Source of the DNA: Bacteroidota bacterium
GTDB taxonomy: Bacteria > Bacteroidota > Bacteroidia > Bacteroidales > FEN-979
Assembly: GCA_037128705.1 (NCBI GenBank)
Contig: JBAXVX010000012.1
Location: 38,122-102,121 of the forward strand
DNA length: 64,000 bases
Direction: 5' to 3'
A program made the translations under genes and the position numbers. This document shows, piece by piece, positions 1 through 10,423 of this stretch. Positions within the stretch are counted from its first letter, which is position 1. Each line of letters opens with the position of its first letter. Below the pieces are notes generated by a model. It saw nothing but the letters and a program-made list of their open reading frames with translations. It was not told the DNA's origin and made no database searches.

Positions 1-335
1 GAAAAAATCAGATGATAAAATACAAGGGAACTACCCTTTTCCCGCCCTCACTTTACGATATCCTTGATAATATTGACTATATCTCCAATTATATTGTTGA
101 GGTCTATACGAACCACATCGGCACCGATGAAATCCTGATTCATGTGTGTGGAAAAGGGATCGGCGAAGAAAAAGAGAAGGATATCAAAGACCATTTCAGG
201 GCTAAACTCAGGGTAGCTCCCATCATAACCTTCACCTCAGAAACCAATATTCAGAAAATGCAGTTTCCTGAAATCAGCAGAAAACCGGTGAAGTTTATCG
301 ATAACCGCGAAAAAAACGGAAATTTTTCAGGATAA
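1..335 (+). CDS. Phenylacetate-CoA ligase family (AMP-binding) protein, C-terminal part; 5' end lies outside the window
   Basis: Frame is open from the window edge (KNQMIKYKGTTLFPP...). The MIKYKGTTLFP segment and the C-terminal RKPVKFID resemble PaaK-family C-terminal domains. Confidence 0.7.
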   Translation, partial: KNQMIKYKGTTLFPPSLYDILDNIDYISNYIVEVYTNHIGTDEILIHVCGKGIGEEKEKDIKDHFRAKLRVAPIITFTSETNIQKMQFPEISRKPVKFIDNREKNGNFSG

Positions 336-410
336 ATTTGGAAATTCCCAATCGTTATTTTAATTTAGCCTAAATAATTCTAAATGATATTAACATTAAA
401 ATCAAAGACC

Positions 411-1022
411 ATGAGAAAAATATGCGTTACAACACTCACACTGGCATTCCTGCTTGTTGCCTGCGTTGTGGTTGGGCAGAAACTTAAATCAGGGGATGTT
501 ACGGTTTTAAAAGGTCAGACAACCATCAACCTCGAATATGATTATTCAAATATGGCGGTTGGAAAATATGAGTCGGCCGATGAATACGTGGCTGACAGAA
601 AAGCGGATATGAATAAGAAAAATCCCGGTTCCGGAGATCAGTGGGCCGAATCCTGGACAAATGATCGCAGTACCCGGTTTCATCCTATGTTTGAAAAAAA
701 CTTTAACGGGAAAGTTTCGGATTTTGGAGTTTCCGCAAAGGAGGGGGCGACCGATGCAAAATATACACTCATCATTCATACAACCTTTGTCGAACCTGGA
801 TTCAATGTCGGGATAACCCGTAAAAATGCCTACATTAACATTGAAGTTGTGCTGGTTGAAACCGCTGCAAAGGATAAACCGCTTGCGGTTATTGATATGC
901 CAAAACTGCAAAGTGTGAATATGATGGGATATGATTATGATACGGGAAGCCGCATCCAGAGTTGTTATGACCGGGCTGGTGATGAACTGGGAAAATTTCT
1001 TTGCAAGAACGCTTTCAAATAA
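411..1022 (+). CDS. Secreted hypothetical protein of Bacteroidota type
   Basis: ATG at 411 gives a signal peptide MRKICVTTLTLAFLLVACVVVG-Q followed by a globular 180-aa region; terminator downstream. Confidence 0.7.
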   Translation: MRKICVTTLTLAFLLVACVVVGQKLKSGDVTVLKGQTTINLEYDYSNMAVGKYESADEYVADRKADMNKKNPGSGDQWAESWTNDRSTRFHPMFEKNFNGKVSDFGVSAKEGATDAKYTLIIHTTFVEPGFNVGITRKNAYINIEVVLVETAAKDKPLAVIDMPKLQSVNMMGYDYDTGSRIQSCYDRAGDELGKFLCKNAFK

Positions 1023-1040
1023 ATTTTGATTCAACCCGAT

Positions 1041-1068
1041 AAAAAGGCTGCCCGCAGGCGGCCTTTTT
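1041..1068. terminator. Bidirectional intrinsic terminator
   Basis: AAAAAGGCTGCC-cgca-GGCGGCCTTTTT hairpin with A/T tails between convergent genes. Confidence 0.8.
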
Positions 1069-2702
1069 TATTTGACCTTTGCTCCACGGATAAAGGTTTG
1101 CTCAACTTTCACAACAGGTATTTTTGAAAGAGGAATTTGCATGATGTCCTGGTCGAGAATGACAAAATCAGCATCCTTCCTCGGCTCGAGGCTTCCTTTC
1201 TCCGATTCCATGAAATCAGCCTTTGCGGCCCAGTTAGTGATCGAATGCAATGCCTCCTCACGCGTGAGTGCATTGTTCATCAGGAAACCACCCTCAGGAA
1301 GACCCTGCAGGTCCTTTCTTGAAACAGCAGCGTAAAACGTGAGTATAGGGGAGATCCCTTCTATTGGAAAATCGGTACCATTGGCAATCCAGCCATTCTG
1401 CTTCATCAAGGTACCGTAAGCATAGGCCCCGGCCATTCGCCCTGGACCAAGCCTGTTTCCGGCCCAGTGCATATCCGAAGTGGCATGGGTCGCCTGCACG
1501 GAAGGAATGACTGAATAATCGCCAAAAAGGTGAATATCCTTTGGATCAACTACCTGCGCGTGTTCGATCCTCCACCGGAGATCATTTTTTCCTTTCAGAA
1601 AGCTTGCGTAAATGTTCAGCATCAGAAAATTCGCTGAATCCCCGATACAATGCGTATTCACCTGATAACCATTTTCAAAGGCAAGGCGGCACAGGGTTCT
1701 GATTGAATCCGGCGATGTTACGATAATGCCGGAGGTGGCTTGGTCATCTGCATAGGGTTGCTTTAACCTTGCAGTCCTGCTTCCAAGGCTGCCGTCCGCA
1801 TAAATCTTTATTGACCTGATTACCAGTTTATCCGTTTTGTATGGACCATGTTTTACAAAAGATGAGATATTTTTTTCCGTAGGGGTCAGCATGGCATAAA
1901 CCTGCATCCTGATTCTTCCGCTTTTCTGAAGGGTGTCCAGGAAAAGAACCTGGGGATATTCCAGACCTGCATCACTTACCATTGTGAGACCAACTGAAAA
2001 ACATGATTTTTCCGCCTGCTCAAGTAACTCAGTCAACTCCTCACCGGCAGGTTGCGGAACCTTCTCACGGATCAGGTCGGCTGCGGTTTCACTTAAAATT
2101 CCTGTAAGACGCCCGTTTTTTAACTCAACCTGTCCGTCCGCAAAATGATGATCCATGCCTATTCCAGCTCTTTTTAATGCCTCCTGGTTTGCCAGCACGA
2201 CATGCCCGTCCACGCGGATTAGCATGACAGGAATATCCGGAAATATTTTATTTAACAGGGTGTTGTCAGGGAACTTCTTGGCTGACCATAAATTATGATC
2301 CCACCCCCGGCCAACGATCCATCTTCCGTTCCCGGGCCGTGGAGCCCGTTTCAAACGATCCAATACGGCATCAAAAGAGGTTAATCCGCTGAGATCAACG
2401 TATTGCAACCCAAGTGCAAAGCCCATGAAATGACAATGTGCATCAATGAAACCTGGAAAAACAGGTTTTCCTTGTAAATCAACAACTTCGGGCGCATGAA
2501 AACCATCTTCAATAACCTGCCTGGTTCCTGTGGCCACGATCTTTCCATTGCTTATGGCCATCGCTTCTGCCCGTGTATTCAGGGAATCCGCAGTGTAAAT
2601 CACTCCGTTCGTGACAATTAAATCAACTTTCTTCTTCATTTGTACGCAGGAATTAAAAAAACAAATTGAGAAGGTCAGATAAAAAATACCCCGGTAATTC
2701 AT
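1068..2702 (-). CDS. Amidohydrolase_3 / YtcJ-like metal-dependent amidohydrolase, probable lipoprotein
   Basis: PGFIDAHCH, RVDGH, KIYADGSLGSRTA, THCIGD, RIEHAQ and GTDFP motifs; FNSC lipobox-like N-terminus. Confidence 0.9.
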   Translation of the reverse strand: MNYRGIFYLTFSICFFNSCVQMKKKVDLIVTNGVIYTADSLNTRAEAMAISNGKIVATGTRQVIEDGFHAPEVVDLQGKPVFPGFIDAHCHFMGFALGLQYVDLSGLTSFDAVLDRLKRAPRPGNGRWIVGRGWDHNLWSAKKFPDNTLLNKIFPDIPVMLIRVDGHVVLANQEALKRAGIGMDHHFADGQVELKNGRLTGILSETAADLIREKVPQPAGEELTELLEQAEKSCFSVGLTMVSDAGLEYPQVLFLDTLQKSGRIRMQVYAMLTPTEKNISSFVKHGPYKTDKLVIRSIKIYADGSLGSRTARLKQPYADDQATSGIIVTSPDSIRTLCRLAFENGYQVNTHCIGDSANFLMLNIYASFLKGKNDLRWRIEHAQVVDPKDIHLFGDYSVIPSVQATHATSDMHWAGNRLGPGRMAGAYAYGTLMKQNGWIANGTDFPIEGISPILTFYAAVSRKDLQGLPEGGFLMNNALTREEALHSITNWAAKADFMESEKGSLEPRKDADFVILDQDIMQIPLSKIPVVKVEQTFIRGAKVK

Positions 2703-2731
2703 TTTAAAATATTGGTTTATTGATTGTTCGC

Positions 2732-2791
2732 CAAAAATAGAAACTATTTTTAACCCGGTATGAAATTTATTGAAATGATTTATTATTTTTG
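2732..2791. promoter_or_regulatory. Divergent Bacteroidota -7 promoter elements
   Basis: CAAAAATA at 2732-2739 (TATTTTTG on minus strand, amidohydrolase) and TATTTTTG at 2784-2791 (plus strand); both fit TAnnTTTG. Confidence 0.55.
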
Positions 2792-2815
2792 TATCATTCT
2801 AAATCTAATATATTC

Positions 2816-3376
2816 ATGAAATATAAATCTATCAATCCTAGATTTATTGTCATTTTCTCAGTTATTCTTGTTGCAGCCCTTTTAAGGCTGCTGCCGCATT
2901 GGCCAAACTTTACGCCGATCGCAGCCATGGCTCTTTTTGCTGGTACCTATTTCGACAGAAAGCAATACGCTTTCGCCATTCCGATCGCCGCGATGTTCAT
3001 CAGCGATCTCGTGTTAGGTCTGCATGCCAATATGCCTGCTGTCTATTTTAGTTTTGCCATCACGGTTCTTATTGGTATGACGATCCGAAACAAAGTGAAT
3101 GTGGGATCAGTAGTACTGGCAGCTTTTTCATCATCGGTTATCTTTTTCGTGATTACCAATTTTTCATCCTGGGTTGCCAGCCCATATTATCCACAAACAT
3201 TTGCAGGCCTGACAGAATGCTACATTGCAGGCCTGATGTTTTTCCGTGATGCCACCAACGGTCTTTCATTCTTTTTGAATGATCTCCTTGGAACCACCTT
3301 CTTTTCTGCGGTATTCTACGGGTCCTTCTATCTTGTTCAGATGAGGTTCCCTGTTCTGGATCGATCCAGATTTTAA
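2816..3376 (+). CDS. DUF6580-like putative transport protein (S-component-like membrane protein)
   Basis: RLLPHWPNFTPIAAMALFAG and FFVITNF motifs, about 6 hydrophobic segments; ATG at 2816 chosen over TTG at 2789. Confidence 0.75.
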   Translation: MKYKSINPRFIVIFSVILVAALLRLLPHWPNFTPIAAMALFAGTYFDRKQYAFAIPIAAMFISDLVLGLHANMPAVYFSFAITVLIGMTIRNKVNVGSVVLAAFSSSVIFFVITNFSSWVASPYYPQTFAGLTECYIAGLMFFRDATNGLSFFLNDLLGTTFFSAVFYGSFYLVQMRFPVLDRSRF

Positions 3377-3439
3377 CGGGTAACTCTTTATTCCTCTTAA
3401 GGATAGGAATTGAGTTCTGAGAAACAATAAAAATTCGGC

Positions 3440-3476
3440 GCGTCATTGAAAATTATTTCGATGGCGCTTCGTTTTA
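3440..3476 (+). terminator. Probable intrinsic terminator after the DUF6580-like gene
   Basis: GCGTCATTGAAA-atta-TTTCGATGGCGC 12-bp stem (2 G-U pairs) followed by TTCGTTTT; a second hairpin lies at about 3382-3417. Confidence 0.5.
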
Positions 3477-3547
3477 TCTGCATCTTCCATTGTTGGACGA
3501 TATCCTCGAAAATTTTTGATTTTGAAAATTAGGTACTTAAACTGATC

Positions 3548-5398
3548 ATGACCGACATCATACGCCTCTTACCGGATTCAGTCGCGAACCAAATCGCAGC
3601 GGGAGAAGTTGTTCAACGGCCGGCCTCCGCAGTAAAAGAATTAATGGAAAACACCATTGATGCCGGTGCTACCGATATTAAACTGATTATTAAAGAATCC
3701 GGCAAATTACTCATCCAGGTTATTGACAACGGGTGCGGTATGTCAGAACGCGATGCCCGCATGTGTTTTGAGCGTCATGCAACATCCAAAATTTCAAAAG
3801 CCGACGACCTTCTGGCTATCCGAACCCTGGGATTTCGCGGAGAAGCGCTCGCATCCATCGCCTCAGTCGCACAGGTAGAACTTAAATCAAAAAGGCATGA
3901 AGATGAAATCGGAACCTGCATCCTGATTGAAGGCACCGAGTTCAAAAGCCAGGTACCCGTGAATTGTCAGAACGGCACCTCCGTGAGTGTGAAGAACCTG
4001 TTTTTCAACGTTCCTGCACGCCGGAATTTTTTAAAATCAAATACGCTTGAATTAAAATATATCATTGAGGAATTTTTCCGCATATCCCTTGTCAATCCTG
4101 ACATTGCGTTTACTTTTTATAACCAGGACAAGGTCCTGTTCCAACTCCCCGCGGGAAACCTCAAACAGAGAATAATAAATTTATATGGCCCGGCATACGC
4201 TCAACGGCTGATACCCGTCGAACAACAAACCGAACTTGTCAATATTTCAGGTTTTTTAGGTAAACCCGAATTTGCAAAAAAGACAAGGGGTGAACAGTAT
4301 TTCTTCACCAACGGAAGATTTATGAAAAGTCCGTACCTCCATCATGCTGTCGAAAGTGCCTTTAAGGAATTAATCCCGGATGACTCTGTCCCCTCCTATT
4401 TTATTTACATGGAGGTGGACCCGCAAACCATCGATGTCAATATTCATCCGACAAAAACTGAAATTAATTTCCAGGACATTAAAAGCATTTACGCCATCCT
4501 GCACGCGGCAGTTAAGCAATCCATTGGTAAATTCAATGTCTCCCCCACCCTGGATTTCGATGTTGAACAGAGTATTAACATACCATTTTTTCCTGAAAAC
4601 CGGCCAATAAAACAACCCACCATCACGATCAACCCCAATTACAACCCGTTTGAAAAAAGAACAGAACCTCAAACAAAGTTCCCATTTTCACCACGACAAA
4701 CTCAATCTGTGCAGGGATGGCAGGATTTTTATTCACCGGCGCCCCCGCCTGCAGAAAAATTTGAGTTTCCTTCTGCCGGCCAGGAGTCAAAGGTTGATTC
4801 ACCAAAACATCTGACGGATGAAAATTTTTCAGAACGGAAGAGGAGTTTCCAGGTAGCCAACGCCTACATCATAACCCATACGCAATCAGGAGTCGTTATC
4901 CTTGATCAGCAAAATGCCCACGAACGAATTCTATACGAACGCATCCTGGATCAGAAACGAACCAACGATGTCTCGGTGCAACGCCAATTGATTCCTCAAA
5001 CCATCACCCTGAGCCCTGATAATGCTCAACTTTTCCTGGAATGGAAGGATTATTTTACAGAACTTGGATTTGAAATCAATGATTTTGGAAAGGGATCTTT
5101 TGTCATCCATGCAATTCCGGTGAAAGTGGAAGTTGCAGACATCGGGTTATTTATAGAATCTTTGCTTGAATCACTGAAAACACCCGGAAAAGAGAACAAA
5201 ATGAACCAAAGTCAGATCCTGGCAAAGACACTGGCTAAAAAACTTGCAGTAAAACGGGGTAAAAGACTCCAGCAACAGGAAATAGACTCTATTATTGAAA
5301 ATCTTTTTGCCTGCAGGATTCCCGATGCATCTCCGGATGGGAAACCCACCATGATCATGCTTGCATTTGAGGAGCTTAACAGGAAATTTAAAATTTAA
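3548..5398 (+). CDS. mutL: DNA mismatch repair protein MutL
   Basis: NQIAAGEVVQRPASAVKEL, RHATSKI, GFRGEALASI, DVNIHPTK; C-terminal DQQNAHERILYE endonuclease motif. Confidence 0.98.
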   Translation: MTDIIRLLPDSVANQIAAGEVVQRPASAVKELMENTIDAGATDIKLIIKESGKLLIQVIDNGCGMSERDARMCFERHATSKISKADDLLAIRTLGFRGEALASIASVAQVELKSKRHEDEIGTCILIEGTEFKSQVPVNCQNGTSVSVKNLFFNVPARRNFLKSNTLELKYIIEEFFRISLVNPDIAFTFYNQDKVLFQLPAGNLKQRIINLYGPAYAQRLIPVEQQTELVNISGFLGKPEFAKKTRGEQYFFTNGRFMKSPYLHHAVESAFKELIPDDSVPSYFIYMEVDPQTIDVNIHPTKTEINFQDIKSIYAILHAAVKQSIGKFNVSPTLDFDVEQSINIPFFPENRPIKQPTITINPNYNPFEKRTEPQTKFPFSPRQTQSVQGWQDFYSPAPPPAEKFEFPSAGQESKVDSPKHLTDENFSERKRSFQVANAYIITHTQSGVVILDQQNAHERILYERILDQKRTNDVSVQRQLIPQTITLSPDNAQLFLEWKDYFTELGFEINDFGKGSFVIHAIPVKVEVADIGLFIESLLESLKTPGKENKMNQSQILAKTLAKKLAVKRGKRLQQQEIDSIIENLFACRIPDASPDGKPTMIMLAFEELNRKFKI

Positions 5399-5413
5399 TG
5401 ATCATAATCAATT

Positions 5414-6250
5414 ATGTCTCAGCAATATAGCCCGGCAGGATTCAGCCTGCTTCCTCCAGTTGTAAAAAATCTGCTGATTATCAACGGATTATTTTTCCTT
5501 GCAACCGTATCCCTGAACTCTGCCTATGGTATTGAGCTGGACAGCATACTGGGATTACACTATTTCCAGTCAGATCTATTCAGTCCATACCAGTTTGTCA
5601 CCTACATGTTTGTGCATGCGAATTTCTCACACGTACTTTTTAACATGTTTGCCCTCTGGATGTTCGGTTACCTCCTCGAGAATGTATGGGGATCCAAGCG
5701 TTTCCTGACCTACTACCTGATTACCGGGATCGGCGCCGCCATGGTTCAGACTTTCGTGAGCTGGCTCGACATCTCCTCCATCCAGGCCGCTGCACAAACC
5801 TATGCTTCAAACCCAACCCTGGATAGCTTTGTGGCCTTTGTCAGGCATTATTACCCCCGTCATTATGATGCTGAAGGGACCATCAGGAATTTTATCAGTG
5901 AGTGGTCGCTTTCCAGGAACAGCCCTGGCTACATACCACAATCACTGGAATATATCAGCCAGTTAATGAAATTAAGGATGGACATCCCGACCGTTGGCGC
6001 TTCAGGAGCTGTTTATGGGATACTCCTTGCATTTGGCATGATGTTCCCGAACATGTTGGTTTATGTATATTTTCTTTTTCCCATAAAGGCCAAATGGATT
6101 GTGATCGCCTATGGCGCAATTGAACTTTTCGCCGGAATTTCAAACAATCCCAGTGACAATGTTGCACATTTTGCCCATTTGGGAGGTATGATCTTTGGTT
6201 TCTTTTTAATTTTATACTACCGTAAACGTCAAGACCATTTTTCAACATGA
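5414..6250 (+). CDS. Rhomboid family intramembrane serine protease
   Basis: TYMFVH...HVLFNM, GASG catalytic Ser, AHFAHLGG catalytic His. Confidence 0.93.
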   Translation: MSQQYSPAGFSLLPPVVKNLLIINGLFFLATVSLNSAYGIELDSILGLHYFQSDLFSPYQFVTYMFVHANFSHVLFNMFALWMFGYLLENVWGSKRFLTYYLITGIGAAMVQTFVSWLDISSIQAAAQTYASNPTLDSFVAFVRHYYPRHYDAEGTIRNFISEWSLSRNSPGYIPQSLEYISQLMKLRMDIPTVGASGAVYGILLAFGMMFPNMLVYVYFLFPIKAKWIVIAYGAIELFAGISNNPSDNVAHFAHLGGMIFGFFLILYYRKRQDHFST

Positions 6251-7182
6251 TGAACTACAATTACCGGCAACCATCAAACCCGCTTGAGGAATTCAGGAAA
6301 TTCTTCAGGCAGGGATCAAGTTTGTCCGTGTTGATACTGATCAATGTTGTTGTGTGGGTCTTTATCCAGGCGCTCAGGGTCATCTTATTCATTTATAATA
6401 ACCCCGACAGTGAGGCAGCCGGCACGCTTGTACTTCATGCACTGGCGATTCCTGCAAATGTTCCAGCAATAATGGCCAGGCCGTGGACAGTCCTGACCTA
6501 TATGTTTTTGCATATTGATATCTGGCACCTTCTTTTTAACATGATCTGGCTCTACTGGTTCGGAAAAATTTTCCTTGAGTTTTTACCCTCCAGGCATTTG
6601 ATTTTCGTTTATCTGACGGGTGGGTTTGCAGGTGCGCTCGTTTATGTTGCTGCTTTTAACACCTTCCCGGTTTTTGGGGCCATACTTCCTGTTTCCTTTG
6701 CACTGGGGGCCTCCGCCTCTGTGATGGCTATCGTAACAGCAATCTCCTTCTATGTGCCCGATTATACCATCCAGCTTTTCCTGGTAGGGAAGATCAGGAT
6801 TCTCTACCTCGCGATCATTTTGTTTGTTTTTGATTTCTTTATGATCCCGTCAGGCAATGCAGGAGGTCACCTTGCCCATATTGGCGGTGCCTTGTTCGGG
6901 GTGATTTTCAGCCAGGTGGTCCATCTTTCGAAAAATTCATTTAAGACCGGTGATTCATCATCATTTCTAAACAGTTTCTTTGACAAATTTCGGAGAAAAA
7001 ATAAGCCATTTCAAAGCCGGCCAGATTATTCCAGGCCTGTCTCCGATGATGACTACAACCGGAATAAAAAGGCTAGTCAGGATAAAGTCGATGACATTCT
7101 TGAGAAAATTTCAAAAGGAGGTTATGACAGCCTGACCAAGGAAGAAAAGGAGTTTTTATTCAGGACATCCAACAAGCGATGA
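6247..7182 (+). CDS. Rhomboid family protease with C-terminal DUF6576-like tail
   Basis: YMFLH...HLLFNM, GASA, HLAHIGG; C-terminal VDDILEKISKGGYDSLTKEEKEFL. Confidence 0.92.
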   Translation: MMNYNYRQPSNPLEEFRKFFRQGSSLSVLILINVVVWVFIQALRVILFIYNNPDSEAAGTLVLHALAIPANVPAIMARPWTVLTYMFLHIDIWHLLFNMIWLYWFGKIFLEFLPSRHLIFVYLTGGFAGALVYVAAFNTFPVFGAILPVSFALGASASVMAIVTAISFYVPDYTIQLFLVGKIRILYLAIILFVFDFFMIPSGNAGGHLAHIGGALFGVIFSQVVHLSKNSFKTGDSSSFLNSFFDKFRRKNKPFQSRPDYSRPVSDDDYNRNKKASQDKVDDILEKISKGGYDSLTKEEKEFLFRTSNKR

Positions 7183-7198
7183 TCTAACATGGGGTTTA

Positions 7199-8314
7199 AT
7201 GAAAGTGGGTCGATCTTTTTTAGCTAAGTTCCTGTTATCGATAAATATTTTGGCAGTGATAGGCTTATTTGCCTCCTACGGTGCCAGCTATATCAGTCCT
7301 GATAAATTTTGGGTGTTTGGTTTGTTCGGACTGGCCTATCCCCTTTTTCTGATTATCAATGCCATATTTGTACTGGTTTGGCTGATGCTTTGGAAACGAT
7401 TTGCCTTTATTTCCCTTATTGCAATCCTGCTCGGATGGAACAGCCTTCTCTCCCTATTTCCCGTTCGTATTACTCAACCGGTAATCCCTGCCGGACTGGC
7501 GCTTAAAGTGGTTAGTTTTAACGTTCATCACTTTTATGGAAACCAGCGTGCCGAAAGCATACCAGAAACAAGAGGTAAAATCACCAATTTTCTTGCAGAA
7601 GAAGGGGCAGACATCATTTGTATCCAGGAATTCTTTGCCATTGGGGATACCTTTTCCAAAACCTTCGACAGATTTGCGAAATCGATCCGGATGGATCATT
7701 ATGCCTTTAAAAATTATAAGACCTTTTATAATAAACGAAAGATTGTTGCCATTGCCTCGTTTTCAAAATATCCAATTGTAAATACCGGCTGTTTTCAGCT
7801 TCAGGACCGGCTGTTATTTTCAATTTATTCTGATATAGTCATTAAAGGAGATACAATCCGGGTATTCAACCTCCACCTGGAATCGATCCGGTTTGGGAAT
7901 GATGACTATTCGTTCTATGCCCAGTTTACCGAGCCGGCCAAAGAGACAGCACCACTCAGTGAAGGATCCAAACGCATGTTGTCAAAACTCCGGAGATCGT
8001 TTATCCTGAGGTCGAAACAGGTTCAGATGATTGCATCCCATATTGCAGATTGTCCATATCCGGTAATACTTGCAGGAGATTTCAATGATACACCTTCATC
8101 CTACACCTACCATCAATTGACCTCAGGTCTGTTTGATACCTACAGAGAGGTTGGCAAAGTGTTTTTTGAAGGAACCTATTCCGGAAAGCTGCCCTCTTTC
8201 AGAATTGATTATATACTTCATTCAAAGGAATTTAAACCATTGGTATATAAGAAAATAGAGGTTGACCTCTCTGATCATTATCCGATTACCACAACGTTGA
8301 TTTTAAACCCCTAA
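7199..8314 (+). CDS. Membrane-anchored endonuclease/exonuclease/phosphatase (EEP) family protein
   Basis: Three N-terminal TM segments; SFNV, DIICIQE, NLHLES, AGDFND, RIDYI and SDHYP motifs. Confidence 0.9.
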   Translation: MKVGRSFLAKFLLSINILAVIGLFASYGASYISPDKFWVFGLFGLAYPLFLIINAIFVLVWLMLWKRFAFISLIAILLGWNSLLSLFPVRITQPVIPAGLALKVVSFNVHHFYGNQRAESIPETRGKITNFLAEEGADIICIQEFFAIGDTFSKTFDRFAKSIRMDHYAFKNYKTFYNKRKIVAIASFSKYPIVNTGCFQLQDRLLFSIYSDIVIKGDTIRVFNLHLESIRFGNDDYSFYAQFTEPAKETAPLSEGSKRMLSKLRRSFILRSKQVQMIASHIADCPYPVILAGDFNDTPSSYTYHQLTSGLFDTYREVGKVFFEGTYSGKLPSFRIDYILHSKEFKPLVYKKIEVDLSDHYPITTTLILNP

Positions 8315-8325
8315 AACTTCCGCCG

Positions 8326-10365
8326 GTGGATTTTAAACTCACATCCGAATTTATTCCTACCGGAGATCAGCCGGAGGCCATAAAACAACTCGTTGAAGGC
8401 ATTCAGCGCGGTGATCCGTCTCAGGTTCTGCATGGTGTGACTGGTTCAGGGAAGACCTTTACAATTGCCAACGTGATCCAGCAGGTTCAGAAACCCACCC
8501 TTGTTTTCAGCCACAACAAAACACTGGCAGCCCAGTTGTACGGTGAGTTTAAGCAGTTTTTTCCTGAAAACGCGGTTGAATTTTTTGTTTCGTATTATGA
8601 TTATTACCAGCCCGAGGCCTTTATCCCGGTAACCAATACCTATATTGAAAAAGATCTTTCAATCAATGAAGAGATTGAAAAACTCAGATTGAGCGCCTCT
8701 TCAGCCCTTTTATCAGGCAGACGCGATATCATCGTCGTCTCCTCGGTCTCCTGTATCTATGGGATTGGGAACCCTGATGATTTCAACCAGAATGTAATTC
8801 GTCTGAAAACCGGAGACCAGGTTGGCCGGAAAAAACTGCTGCAGTCCCTGGTCAATAGTCTCTACGCAAGAACAGAAGGAGATTTTACACGCGGGCGGTT
8901 TAGGGTAAAGGGAGATTCAGTCGATATCTTCCCTGCTTATCTTGACATCGCCTACCGGGTCATTTTCATAGGGAACGAGGTGGAGGTTATGGAATCATTC
9001 GATCCTTTAACCGGACGAAAAATTGAGTCCATGGAATTAATGACCCTTTACCCGGCCAATATTTTCGTCACTTCCCAGGATAAAATGAGGGAAGCCCTGG
9101 TTGAAATCCAGGATGACATGATTAAGCAGTGTGCCTATTTCAGGGAAAACGGGAAGGAAATGGAAGCAAAGCGGCTCGAGGACAGGGTAAGTTATGACAT
9201 CGAAATGATGCGTGAACTTGGCTACTGCTCAGGCATTGAAAACTATTCCAGGTATTTTGACGGCAGAACCTCAGGTTCGCGCCCATTCTGCCTGCTTGAT
9301 TTTTTTCCTGATGATTTCCTGATGGTAATCGATGAAAGCCATGTTACCGTTCCCCAGGTCAGGGCCATGTATGGAGGGGATCGTTCACGCAAGCAAACCC
9401 TGGTAGAATACGGGTTCAGGCTTCCATCGGCGATGGATAACCGGCCTTTGAAATTCGAGGAATTCTGGACCATAGTCAGCCAGACAATCTATGTCAGCGC
9501 AACTCCTGCCGATTTTGAACTCCAGGAATGCGAAGGGGTGATGGTTGAGCAGGTAATTCGTCCGACAGGTTTGCTTGATCCCTACACTGAAGTCAGGCCA
9601 AGTTTAAGGCAGATTGATGATCTCCAGGAGGAGATTGACCAGCGCATAAAAAAGAATGAACGGACCCTGGTGACTACCCTTACGAAACGAATGGCGGAAG
9701 AACTTACAAACTATTTTACCAGGGTTGGCATCCGGTGCAGGTATATCCACGCGGATGTAGATACGCTTGAACGGGTAGAAATATTAAGGGATCTTCGGCT
9801 TGGGACATTTGACGTTCTGGTCGGGGTAAACCTGTTACGCGAAGGTCTCGACCTCCCTGAAGTTTCACTGGTAGCCATCCTTGATGCCGATAAGGAAGGT
9901 TTTCTGCGCTCTGAAAGGTCCCTGACCCAGACTGCGGGGCGGGCTGCCCGGAATATTAACAGCAGGGTAATCATGTATGCCGATAAAGTCACCGAGTCGA
10001 TGAAACGGATGATGAACGAAACAAACCGCCGGAGAGAAAAGCAGATCGCCTACAATTCATTGAATAATATAACCCCGACACAGATCACCAAAAGCAACCG
10101 TGAAATTCTGGGTCAGACGACAGTCGCTGACGGTAAATCAAAAATACCTTCTGCCTATATTGAAAAAGAGTATTCAGATATCGCAGCCGACCCGATAATT
10201 CAGTACCTTTCGAAGGAAAAACTGCAGAAATTAGTTGGCAAAAACAGGAAAGCGATGGAGGATGCCGTAAAAAGCCTGGATTTTCTGGAAGCAGCCCGGC
10301 TTCGGGATGAACTTAAATCATTGACTAAAATGCTTGAAGGACTGTCAATTAAGGATAATCAGTGA
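8326..10365 (+). CDS. uvrB: Excinuclease ABC subunit B
   Basis: PTGDQPEAI, GVTGSGKT, HNKTLAAQLY, YYDYYQPEA, DESH; C-terminal UVR motif LDFLEAARLRD. Confidence 0.99.
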   Translation: MDFKLTSEFIPTGDQPEAIKQLVEGIQRGDPSQVLHGVTGSGKTFTIANVIQQVQKPTLVFSHNKTLAAQLYGEFKQFFPENAVEFFVSYYDYYQPEAFIPVTNTYIEKDLSINEEIEKLRLSASSALLSGRRDIIVVSSVSCIYGIGNPDDFNQNVIRLKTGDQVGRKKLLQSLVNSLYARTEGDFTRGRFRVKGDSVDIFPAYLDIAYRVIFIGNEVEVMESFDPLTGRKIESMELMTLYPANIFVTSQDKMREALVEIQDDMIKQCAYFRENGKEMEAKRLEDRVSYDIEMMRELGYCSGIENYSRYFDGRTSGSRPFCLLDFFPDDFLMVIDESHVTVPQVRAMYGGDRSRKQTLVEYGFRLPSAMDNRPLKFEEFWTIVSQTIYVSATPADFELQECEGVMVEQVIRPTGLLDPYTEVRPSLRQIDDLQEEIDQRIKKNERTLVTTLTKRMAEELTNYFTRVGIRCRYIHADVDTLERVEILRDLRLGTFDVLVGVNLLREGLDLPEVSLVAILDADKEGFLRSERSLTQTAGRAARNINSRVIMYADKVTESMKRMMNETNRRREKQIAYNSLNNITPTQITKSNREILGQTTVADGKSKIPSAYIEKEYSDIAADPIIQYLSKEKLQKLVGKNRKAMEDAVKSLDFLEAARLRDELKSLTKMLEGLSIKDNQ

Positions 10366-10423
10366 TGTTCCTTACGTAAATAACTTTTATCCTTTGTTAA
10401 TATCTTCTTTCTGCATTTCATAC

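Noticed and set aside
546-1034. 162-aa minus-strand ORF
   Set aside because: Overlaps a better-supported secreted protein on the plus strand that has a signal peptide and terminator.
3380-3480. Two hairpins after the DUF6580-like gene as a possible ncRNA or riboswitch
   Set aside because: No recognisable aptamer or ncRNA consensus; position fits a 3' UTR and terminator.
3548-8314. mutL followed by two rhomboids and an EEP gene as a novel system
   Set aside because: From recall this gene order is common in Bacteroidota; nothing specific to this window.
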